DNA of 64,000 nt, taken from Sphingomonas sp. (GTDB lineage: Bacteria; Pseudomonadota; Alphaproteobacteria; Sphingomonadales; Sphingomonadaceae). Shown piece by piece: positions 18,882 to 27,000 of the stretch (within the stretch, counting starts at the first letter, position 1; each line of letters opens with the position of its first letter). The stretch lies in contig NZ_QFOB01000002.1 in the NCBI RefSeq assembly GCF_003248515.1, forward strand, positions 417,064 to 481,063, written 5' to 3'. The notes below the pieces were generated by a model. It ran no database searches and was not told where the DNA came from. It saw only the letters and a program-made list of their open reading frames with translations. Both the position numbers and the translations under genes were made by a program.

Positions 18882-20348
18882 TCAGCCCTCGCGTGCGCCT
18901 TCCCAGGCCAGGTATTTCAGCTCCAGATACTCATCGATTCCATAGATCGATCCTTCGCGGCCCAGGCCCGATTGCTTGATTCCGCCGAAGGGCGCGATCT
19001 CGTTGGAGATGAGACCAGTATTGATGCCGACCATTCCGGCTTCCAGCGCCGCCGCGACCCGCCAGATCCGCCTGTCGTCCGCCGAGAAGAGATAGGCGGC
19101 AAGGCCGAAATCCGTGTCGTTCGCCATGCGGATAGCGTCTGCCTCATTGGTAAAGCGGATCAGCGGGGCGACGGGTCCGAACGTCTCCTCGCGGGTGACG
19201 ATCATGTCGTGCGTCACGTCGGTGAGAACGGTGGGCTGGAAGAACAGCCCACCGCGATCGTGACGGCCGCCGCCACAGCGGACCCGTGCGCCCTTTGCCA
19301 CCGCATCCGCGATATGGGATTCCACCTTGGCGATCGCATCGCCGTCGATCAGCGGGCCTTGCTGCACGCCTTCCTCGAAGCCGCCGCCCACGCGCAATTT
19401 CCTGACGCGTTCGGCGAGCCTTTCAGCCACGGCTTCATAGATTCCATCCTGAACGTAGATCCGGTTCGCGCTGATGCAGGCCTGGCCGGTGTTGCGATAT
19501 TTGGTGGCGATCAGGCCATCCACTGCCGTGTCAACATCGGCATCATCGAATATCAGGAGCGGCGCGTTACCGCCCAGTTCCATGGACATCTTCTTGATGG
19601 TCGGCGCTGATTGCGCGATCAGGATGCGGCCCACTTCGGTCGATCCGGTAAAGGTGATCTTCCGCACGAGCGGATTGCTGGTCAGTTCCGCGCCGATCGT
19701 TCTTGCGTTGCCGGTGACCACGTTGAACACGCCGCCCGGAATGCCTGCGCGTTGGGCCAGTTCGGCCAGCGCAAAGGCGGTTAGCGGCGTTTGTTCGGCG
19801 GGCTTCACGACCATTGTGCAGCCGGCTGCCAAGGCGGGTGCCGCCTTGCGAGTGATCATCGCGGCGGGAAAATTCCAGGGTGTGATCGCCGCGCAGACGC
19901 CGACCGGTTCCTTCAGGGTGACAATCCGGCGCGACGGCTCCGGAGAGGCCATGATGTCGCCCTTCACGCGCTTGGCTTCCTCGGCGAACCATTCGATGAA
20001 GGACGCGGCATAAGCGATTTCTCCTTTCGCCTCCGCGAAGGGCTTGCCTTCCTCAAGTACGATCAAACGCGCCAGATCGTCGCTATGCTCGATCGTGAGA
20101 TCAAACCAGCGCCGCAGGAGAATCGAGCGCTGTTTGGGGGGCAAGGCGCGCCATCCGGGGCCGGCCCGATGGGCCGCCTCGATCGCGTCCACTGTCTGCG
20201 CGCGATCGAGTTGGGGAATATCGCCGAGTTTCTCGCCCGTTGCAGGATTGTGCAGCGGAAAGCCGCCATCGGCGCCTTCCCGGATCCACTGACCGCCCAC
20301 ATAGGCGGCCGATCGGAACAAGTCTGCGTCGCGCATTTCGTGGGGCAT
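18882..20348 (-). CDS. gabD: NAD(P)-dependent succinate-semialdehyde dehydrogenase
   Basis: AITPWNFPAAMITRK, FTGSTEVG, MELGGNAP, YRNTGQACI, EETFGP and PFGGIKQSGLGREGS. Confidence 0.85.
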   Translation of the reverse strand: MPHEMRDADLFRSAAYVGGQWIREGADGGFPLHNPATGEKLGDIPQLDRAQTVDAIEAAHRAGPGWRALPPKQRSILLRRWFDLTIEHSDDLARLIVLEEGKPFAEAKGEIAYAASFIEWFAEEAKRVKGDIMASPEPSRRIVTLKEPVGVCAAITPWNFPAAMITRKAAPALAAGCTMVVKPAEQTPLTAFALAELAQRAGIPGGVFNVVTGNARTIGAELTSNPLVRKITFTGSTEVGRILIAQSAPTIKKMSMELGGNAPLLIFDDADVDTAVDGLIATKYRNTGQACISANRIYVQDGIYEAVAERLAERVRKLRVGGGFEEGVQQGPLIDGDAIAKVESHIADAVAKGARVRCGGGRHDRGGLFFQPTVLTDVTHDMIVTREETFGPVAPLIRFTNEADAIRMANDTDFGLAAYLFSADDRRIWRVAAALEAGMVGINTGLISNEIAPFGGIKQSGLGREGSIYGIDEYLELKYLAWEGAREG

Positions 20349-20418
20349 TCCATCCTCGCCTGTTCTGCGCGCCCTTTCGGCGCAGTCGGGATCATGTGCC
20401 TCGCAGGCATAGCATTGT

Positions 20419-20454
20419 CCAGATTAATATGGATATTGAGTCATATTAATCTGG
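20419..20454. repeat. Perfect 13-bp AT-rich inverted repeat with a 10-bp spacer
   Basis: CCAGATTAATATG-GATATTGAGT-CATATTAATCTGG, between the GntR stop and the gabD start. Confidence 0.85.
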
Positions 20455-21108
20455 CTAGATGGCGCCGAAGACGCGCTGGCGGATGGATTCGATGTGAAGT
20501 CGCATCAGTTCTTCGGCCTGGCGTGGATCATGGTCGGCGATAGCCTCCACCCACGCGTCATGCTCGGCATCGATGTCGTCCGCGCCGGTCGAAAGCGTCT
20601 GGATCCGAAATTTCAGCTTCGGCGGCATGGCTTCGCGCACCATATCGTAGAGGGCGAGCAGCAATGTATTCCGAGCCGCCTGCGCCATCAGGCGATGAAG
20701 CCTGTGATCCAGCTTTATCCACTGATCCTGCTCGCGGGTCTCGCGCATCGTGGCGACGCACCGCCGCATCTCCTCGATATCGGCGGGGAGGGCGCGTGCG
20801 GCAGCGAGACTGGCCAGTTTCGGCTCGATCGCGAGACGCGCCTCGAAGGCTTCGAGCGGACTGATCCGGTCGGCGAGGCCGGTCGGCAAATCGGGGAGTG
20901 ACCGATTGCCGATGAACGTGCCTTTGCCGACATGTCGCCAGATCAGACCTTCGCCTTCGGCTGCTTTGAGCAATCGCCGGATTCGGTTGCGGGTGACGCC
21001 CAGCAATGCGGCCAGTTCTGGCTCGGTGGGCAGGCGATCCCCCTCGCTGCTGCCCTCGCGGGAAACGAACGAGCGGAATCGCGACAGGTCTGCGGCAAAA
21101 TCCTCCAT
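20455..21108 (-). CDS. GntR/FadR-family transcriptional regulator
   Basis: GDRLPTEPELAALLGVTR...RHVGKGTFI HTH and FCD domain (EARLAIEP, DHRLH, EH...H). The start may extend to 21174. Confidence 0.88.
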   Translation of the reverse strand: MEDFAADLSRFRSFVSREGSSEGDRLPTEPELAALLGVTRNRIRRLLKAAEGEGLIWRHVGKGTFIGNRSLPDLPTGLADRISPLEAFEARLAIEPKLASLAAARALPADIEEMRRCVATMRETREQDQWIKLDHRLHRLMAQAARNTLLLALYDMVREAMPPKLKFRIQTLSTGADDIDAEHDAWVEAIADHDPRQAEELMRLHIESIRQRVFGAI

Positions 21109-21211
21109 GTCGGAACGGTAATGCCAAACATCTCCATGGTCCACGACCCCATATAAATAACTTGCAATGCCCATATTGACATGCCCACCGACGGCCGGTT
21201 AGGCAGGAAAA

Positions 21212-21231
21212 AATTCGCGGAGAGGGTAATT
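21212..21231. promoter_or_regulatory. 20-bp region-wide operator candidate
   Basis: AATTCGCGGAGAGGGTAATT just upstream of the cyclodeaminase operon, downstream of TTGACA at 21176. Confidence 0.55.
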
Positions 21232-21238
21232 AAGGGCG

Positions 21239-22246
21239 ATGGGGCAACCAGTGTTCGTATCGGCTCAGGCCGCCGTCCGCGCATTTGCGTGGCCGGATGC
21301 CATCGCGGCGATCCAGGCGGCTTATACCGTGCCGGCAGATCCGACCGCATTGCCGCCGCGCACGGTGGCCAGGGCGCCCGGCGTATGGTTGCGCTGCCTG
21401 CCCGCCATTCCTGCGAATGGTCGCTATTTCGGCGCGAAGCTGATGGGCATGGCACCATCGTCGACGACGCCCGGTGTTGATTATGTGATCGTGCTGTTCG
21501 ATCGCGAGACGAGCGGTATCGCGGCATTTGTCGATGCCAATCTCGTGACGGGTTATCGCACGGCATCCACCACGGCCGCTGCTCTCGACAGGCTCGTGCC
21601 GCGTGAGCCGGTGACCCTCGCTATATTGGGCAGCGGTCTCGAGGCGACGATGCATCTTCGCGCTTTCGCCTCAATCCGCGAGATCGGTGCCTGTACCGTC
21701 TTCAGCCCCACGCCGCACAAACGGGACGCCTTCGCGCAATCTTTGGGCGCGGAGTTGGGAATCGATATTCGCGCCGTCGCCACGCCTGCGGAAGGCGTGC
21801 GTGAGGCGGGTGTTGTGCTGGCGGCCGCGCGCTCGCGGGGGGAGCAGCCGATCCTGTTCGGGAATTGGCTGCGGCCAGACGCAACGATCCTTTCGATCGG
21901 ATCCACCGTGCCCGAGCAACGCGAGTTGGATGCCAGCGTCATCGCTGCGGCGGATCTGATCGTGTGCGACACGCTGGAGGAAGTGATCGAGGAAACCGGC
22001 GACATGCTGGCTGCGGCGGCATCGGGCGTGGATACTCATGGCCGCTGCTTCGGCATGGACCAGTTGATGGCGGGCGCGCTGGACGCGCGCATCGCGCAGG
22101 CGGGCATCCGCATGTTCAAATCGGTCGGGGCCGGTCTTCAGGATGTCGTGATCGCGGAGATGATCCTCACGCGCGCGCTGGAGGCTGGTCTGGCCACACC
22201 GCTGCCGATCCAATTCGATACGAAGCGGCCGCAGAAGAAAGGATAA
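21239..22246 (+). CDS. Ornithine cyclodeaminase/mu-crystallin-family protein (imine reductase or deaminase)
   Basis: VTGYRTA, LAILGSGLEA Rossmann motif, SIGS...RELD and MFKSVGAGLQD. Confidence 0.85.
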   Translation: MGQPVFVSAQAAVRAFAWPDAIAAIQAAYTVPADPTALPPRTVARAPGVWLRCLPAIPANGRYFGAKLMGMAPSSTTPGVDYVIVLFDRETSGIAAFVDANLVTGYRTASTTAAALDRLVPREPVTLAILGSGLEATMHLRAFASIREIGACTVFSPTPHKRDAFAQSLGAELGIDIRAVATPAEGVREAGVVLAAARSRGEQPILFGNWLRPDATILSIGSTVPEQRELDASVIAAADLIVCDTLEEVIEETGDMLAAAASGVDTHGRCFGMDQLMAGALDARIAQAGIRMFKSVGAGLQDVVIAEMILTRALEAGLATPLPIQFDTKRPQKKG

Positions 22247-22248
22247 AA

Positions 22249-23259
22249 ATGGCGCGATATACACGCGGGGAAGCTCGGGACTGGGCGCGCGAGGCTCTGA
22301 ATGGCGTCGCGAGCGTCACCATACCGACGATGACCGCCGATTTCAGACAACTCAACGAACGCGCCATACGCCATGATATCGATCTGGCGGTGGAGCATGG
22401 TTTCGTTGGTACGCTGGCCTGTTCGGAAGTTGCGATCACGGCACCTGAGTATCGCCGCTTCTGCGAGATCGCGGCGGACCAGGCGGCGAACCGGCTATTC
22501 ATTGTCCATCACGCTGTTTTCAATACACTGGAAGATAATATCGAGGCGGCGAAGGCGGCCTATGACGCCGGCGCGGAACTGATGCTGCTCGGTTATCCTC
22601 CCTACTTTTTTCCGCAATCGCTGGATGAAGTCCACGCCTATACCAGGGCCCTGTGTGACGCGACGGACATGGCGGTCATGCTTTTCCCGATCCCGACATG
22701 GGGTTTCTCGCGCCTCCATCCGTCGGATCTGCCCGTTCCGCTGCTGCGGCGCCTGATCGACGAATGCCCCAACGTGGTCGCGATCAAGGCGGAAGGAGGC
22801 GCGCCGCACATCATGGCCGCGCTGGAGGTGCATCGCGCCTTCCACAAGGATGTCGTGATCAGTTCCCCGATCGAACATGAATATGTCGCGCTTTCGCAAT
22901 TCATGCCGATCCCGTTCTGCGGAACCAATTTCTCGGCCTATTATGGCCCCTGGCTGCCACGCATCCATGCCATGGTGCAGGCAGGCGATCACGCGGCCGC
23001 CACCGAAACCTTCTATCGGCTGGATCCGGCCCGAAAGGCCTTTTACGGCGTCGCCAATTCAGGTGCCGGGCTGATCAACCGGATGATGTGGAAATATCAG
23101 TCCTGGTTGCAGGGCTATAATGGCGGCCCGCTCCGGCACCCGACCGGCCGTGTCTATCAGCGTGACATGACGCTGCTCCGCAAGGGGCAGGAAAATGCGG
23201 GCCTCGCGCCGACCTGCGATGCGGACGTCGCCTTCTTCCATGGGCGTCACCCGCAATGA
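22249..23259 (+). CDS. DHDPS/NAL-family Schiff-base aldolase or hydratase-aldolase
   Basis: (beta/alpha)8 DHDPS-like pattern: LLGYPPYF and CPNVVAIKAEGG (Schiff-base Lys). The canonical GTTGE motif is replaced by ACSE. Confidence 0.75.
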   Translation: MARYTRGEARDWAREALNGVASVTIPTMTADFRQLNERAIRHDIDLAVEHGFVGTLACSEVAITAPEYRRFCEIAADQAANRLFIVHHAVFNTLEDNIEAAKAAYDAGAELMLLGYPPYFFPQSLDEVHAYTRALCDATDMAVMLFPIPTWGFSRLHPSDLPVPLLRRLIDECPNVVAIKAEGGAPHIMAALEVHRAFHKDVVISSPIEHEYVALSQFMPIPFCGTNFSAYYGPWLPRIHAMVQAGDHAAATETFYRLDPARKAFYGVANSGAGLINRMMWKYQSWLQGYNGGPLRHPTGRVYQRDMTLLRKGQENAGLAPTCDADVAFFHGRHPQ

Positions 23260-23290
23260 CCCGCTCCCGCGACGGGAAAGGCTGTCGGGG

Positions 23291-23887
23291 ATGACGACGC
23301 GACGCGATTTTCTGCAGGCTTCGGCGATCATCGGTGCGGCGGGCATGGGCGGCGGCGCGCGCGCATCGTTTGGCATTATCGGCGCGCCGGAGCCCCGTCT
23401 CCTGATCGCCGACCGGCGTTATCCGGCGAGCCGCGCCTTCGGTGGTGCGGCCGCCGCCGGAGGCCGAACTGTCGTGATGACGGGGGGTGACGTGAGCGGC
23501 CTGTGGACCGGGCGGCTTCGTGCGCTCTGGCAAGATGGCGAGGCCGAGATTGCCGGCATGACCGGGTACGACGTTCTTTTCTGCCTCGAGCGTTTCGCCT
23601 GGGATCATCGCCATTGCGTGATCGCGCTGGTCGATCATGTTCCCGATGCCGCGGGCGGCTATCAGCATGTTGCGAGGACAAGCAGTTGCGAGCGCCTGGC
23701 CGAGGCGCTCGCGGCCGCACGTGCCGATTTTCCGGGCTTTCAGGCCCAGGCGCTCGGGGTTTTCGATCCCGAGCCTTCGCGCTGCCCGCCCAGCCACGCG
23801 CCGGGAAAAGGGATGGGGGGCGAACCGCTTGCCAGCTGGATCATTGCCCCCCGATCGCGCATCCGCCTGACCGGAGCATCGGCATGA
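23291..23887 (+). CDS. Hypothetical protein with twin-arginine signal, PchX-like position in front of a VAO-family flavoprotein
   Basis: MTTRRDFLQASAIIGAAG; the stop overlaps the next ATG (ATGA). Confidence 0.65.
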   Translation: MTTRRDFLQASAIIGAAGMGGGARASFGIIGAPEPRLLIADRRYPASRAFGGAAAAGGRTVVMTGGDVSGLWTGRLRALWQDGEAEIAGMTGYDVLFCLERFAWDHRHCVIALVDHVPDAAGGYQHVARTSSCERLAEALAAARADFPGFQAQALGVFDPEPSRCPPSHAPGKGMGGEPLASWIIAPRSRIRLTGASA

Positions 23888-25500
23888 TCCCGTCCGGTGT
23901 CAGCGCATCCGATTGGACGAAGGCACTCGCCGAATTCCGCACGGCGGTAGGGCCGGACTGGGTTTTCACCAGCGACGAGGATGTCGCTCTTTACCGCGAC
24001 GCTTATTCTCCGGAATGGGGGGAGCCGACAGAACGGCTGGTCTCCGCCGCAATAGCCCCGGTGGAGCGCGAGCAGGTTCAGGCGATCGTCCGTACGGCCA
24101 ACCGCTATCGCATTCCGATCTATCCGGTCTCGACCGGAAAGAATCTGGGTTATGGCGGTTCGGCGCCCAATCTTTCGGGCAGCGTCGTGCTCGATCTGAA
24201 GCGAATGCGGAAGATCGTCGAGGTTAACGACAAGCGCCATTTCGCGATCGTAGAACCGGGCGTCTCCTATTTCGATCTCCATCATCACATCCGCGCGAAC
24301 AAGTTGCGATCATGGATCGACTGTCCCGATCCGGGCTGGGGCAGCCTGGTTGGCAATGCGCTGGATCATGGTGTCGGCCATACGTTGACGAGCTATCGCG
24401 ATCATTTCCAGTCGCATTGCGGCATGGAGATCGTGCTGCCCAATGGCGAGTTAATGCGCACGGGCATGGCGGCGCTGCCCGGATCGGAAACGTGGGCGGA
24501 TTTTCGCTACGGCTTCGGACCGCATGTCGACGGACTGTTCGGTCAGGGCAATTTCGGCGTCGTGACGAAGATGGGCTTCCATCTCATGCCACAGCCCGAG
24601 GCCTATCTCTCACGCGAGGTGCTGCTGCCCCGCCGCAAGGACATCATCGCACTCACGGAGATCGTCAACGAACTCGAATATCTCGGTATCATCGGCATGC
24701 CCGAATATTCGAGCCCGCTCGCGCCCTTCCGCTATACGAACATGGATACCGAGCTGAAGGCGCTGCTTGCGCGGCCGGACTCCTTCACCACCGATATCGT
24801 GGACGAATTTGCGGCGCGCCGCGGCCGGGCCGTCTGGGCCGTCAAGCTTCAGTTTTACGGCGCGCCGGAGGGGATATGCGCGAACTGGGAGAATGCGCGC
24901 TCGAGGCTGGAGAAGGTGATTCCCGGTCTGCGCGTCGGCGAGCAGGAGGATCTCCGCTTTCCCCTGACCGACGAGCAGGAGCAAGCCGTCGGCAAGAAGG
25001 TGCTCGTCGGCATACCCAACATGAACGTCTTTTCGCTTGGCGCGCGATCCGATCTCAATCCCCAGCCGCGTGATGGGCATCTGCTGTTCACCCCCATCAT
25101 TCCGAAAGACGGGGAGTCCATCCTGAAGGCCCAGTCCCTGTTCGCGGATGCGCTGCGCGGTACCGATCTGGAAACCGTCTATTCCGCGATCACCGCGCCT
25201 TACACCTGGATTTACCGTGCGTTCGTGTTGGCGGCGGGCTTTCCCGTCTCGCGGGGGGATTCGGCGATCAATCGGCGATCGCGCGATGCGATGCGCCGGC
25301 TTATCGATCTGGGTGCTGCTCATGGCTATGGCGAATATCGCACACCGCCGCTGTTTCAGGATCAGGTGGCCGGAACCTACGGCTTCAACGACGGCATCCT
25401 TCGCCGCTTCAGCGAAACGCTGAAGGATGCCGTGGACCCCAACGGCATCATCGCCGCCGGGCGCGGCGGGATCTGGCCCCGGCATCTGAGGAAGGCATGA
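23884..25500 (+). CDS. VAO/PCMH-family 4-alkylphenol oxidoreductase flavoprotein (PchF/EUGO-like)
   Basis: STGKNLGYGGSAP, VEPGVSYFDL, DCPDPGWGSLVGNALDHGVG, DGHLLFTPI, YGEYRT and LKDAVDPNGIIAAGRGGIWP. Confidence 0.9.
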   Translation: MIPSGVSASDWTKALAEFRTAVGPDWVFTSDEDVALYRDAYSPEWGEPTERLVSAAIAPVEREQVQAIVRTANRYRIPIYPVSTGKNLGYGGSAPNLSGSVVLDLKRMRKIVEVNDKRHFAIVEPGVSYFDLHHHIRANKLRSWIDCPDPGWGSLVGNALDHGVGHTLTSYRDHFQSHCGMEIVLPNGELMRTGMAALPGSETWADFRYGFGPHVDGLFGQGNFGVVTKMGFHLMPQPEAYLSREVLLPRRKDIIALTEIVNELEYLGIIGMPEYSSPLAPFRYTNMDTELKALLARPDSFTTDIVDEFAARRGRAVWAVKLQFYGAPEGICANWENARSRLEKVIPGLRVGEQEDLRFPLTDEQEQAVGKKVLVGIPNMNVFSLGARSDLNPQPRDGHLLFTPIIPKDGESILKAQSLFADALRGTDLETVYSAITAPYTWIYRAFVLAAGFPVSRGDSAINRRSRDAMRRLIDLGAAHGYGEYRTPPLFQDQVAGTYGFNDGILRRFSETLKDAVDPNGIIAAGRGGIWPRHLRKA

Positions 25501-25886
25501 CGATGCACATCGCCAAGGCGGCCTTCCTGATCGCGGCGCTTTCGCCTTCGGCTGTGCGGGCCGCTCCGGATACACGGCATATGGCCGCGCTGCAGGAAGA
25601 AGGCAGAGCGGTCTTCAAGGAAAATTGTGCCTCCTGTCACGGACCGGGCATCGGAAATCCCGGTCTGGCGCATAAGCCCGGCACGGCGGCGTTGCAGGCC
25701 AAATATGCGGGCGCTGTTCCCGCACTGCTGGAGCAACGGACGGACATGGCGCCGGAAATGATCGCCTATTTCGTTCGCAACGGAATTTCGGTGATGCCGA
25801 TGTTCCGCAAGACCGAGGTGAGCGACGCGCAATTGCGTGCGCTGGAGGCCTATCTCACGCGCAACAGCAAGCCGCCGCGCCGGTGA
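25497..25886 (+). CDS. Monoheme cytochrome c, PchC-like subunit
   Basis: Sec signal, CASCH, PGTAALQAKY and VRNGISVMPMFRKTEVSD; translationally coupled to the flavoprotein. Confidence 0.88.
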   Translation: MTMHIAKAAFLIAALSPSAVRAAPDTRHMAALQEEGRAVFKENCASCHGPGIGNPGLAHKPGTAALQAKYAGAVPALLEQRTDMAPEMIAYFVRNGISVMPMFRKTEVSDAQLRALEAYLTRNSKPPRR

Positions 25887-25934
25887 GACGGGTCCGGAAG
25901 CGGCGCGACCGAACGATGGGAGTGGAGGGCAAGG

Positions 25935-26783
25935 ATGAAGGGTGATGATCCCCGGCTGAAGCCGCAATATCGGATGCCGAGAGTGTTCGGCGCGCTGCCT
26001 GGCCCGCGCAATGTTCCGAAGGACAGGCAGCATCTCCTCAACCGCCAGCGCAATCTCGCGCTTTCGATGACGATGCTGACCGACCGGGACGCGCTGGTCG
26101 AATTGCTTCCGCCGGGCTGCGTGCTGGATGGCGAGCCGCTGCTGACGCTCAATGCGCTTTACATGACCAACATCGGCTGGCTGGCCGGGCGCGGCTATGC
26201 GCTGATCAGCGCGGGCTTTCGGATAGCCCGTGATTCCCCGTCGCAGGGCCGGTTGACGGGCAATTTCCTCGCAGTCGTGTGGGAGAATATGGCCGATCCG
26301 ATCCTGACGGGTCGGGAGGAACTCGGGTGGGCGAAGCTCTTTGCCGAAATCCCCGACCCCATCGCGATCGACACCGATCATGTCGGCAGCGCAGGCTGGG
26401 ATGGATTTCGCTTCCTGGATTTCAGCATAAGGGAGTGCCGCGAGACGGATCCGTCGCCGGCCACAGCTTCCGGCAGCTTCCACTACAAATATGTTCCCGA
26501 AACCGGCGCCCTGGACCGGGCCGACGTTGAATATCTCGAATATTCGCCGCCCGGCGCCTTCGCGACGGGCTATGGCGGGATGACGGTCAGGCAACGCTTC
26601 ACCGGCCGGGGCGATTTCGTTTTCCATCCGGCGCGCTGGGAGGACATTCCCTTCCAATATCCGATCATCAACGCGCTGGCGGCGCTGCCACGCCTCGAGA
26701 TGCGGGAGGCAAGCGTCACGATCAGCGAAGCTGATGGAAAGATTGGGGATCCCGGAGGTGGCGCGCTGCGGAAGGTGACATGA
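25935..26783 (+). CDS. Acetoacetate decarboxylase-like superfamily protein
   Basis: YRMPRVFG, WLAGRGY and WENMADPILTGREELGWAKLF (Schiff-base Lys); paralogue of 45746-46585. Confidence 0.75.
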   Translation: MKGDDPRLKPQYRMPRVFGALPGPRNVPKDRQHLLNRQRNLALSMTMLTDRDALVELLPPGCVLDGEPLLTLNALYMTNIGWLAGRGYALISAGFRIARDSPSQGRLTGNFLAVVWENMADPILTGREELGWAKLFAEIPDPIAIDTDHVGSAGWDGFRFLDFSIRECRETDPSPATASGSFHYKYVPETGALDRADVEYLEYSPPGAFATGYGGMTVRQRFTGRGDFVFHPARWEDIPFQYPIINALAALPRLEMREASVTISEADGKIGDPGGGALRKVT

Positions 26784-27000
26784 CGATATGTGCGTTCCGG
26801 CGGCGCTGTGCGGACGGTTTCGCTTTCTTCGTTAGTAACATCGTTCGGAACAATAGCCCTGAGATCAAGAGACGGGGGTGAAGCTCTACGTTCGGTGCAC
26901 GGCTGCTATGCAGTTGGCGCCGCTAGTCCACCCCTACGGAACAAGCCAAAAAGTCAGTTCGGATCGTCGACAGAATCGATCTTGAAACGGGGAGGATATC

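Noticed and set aside
26790..27000. Small ORF or sRNA upstream of the first complete TonB receptor
   Set aside because: No coding signature, strong hairpin or repeated motif that I can support; probably promoter/leader.
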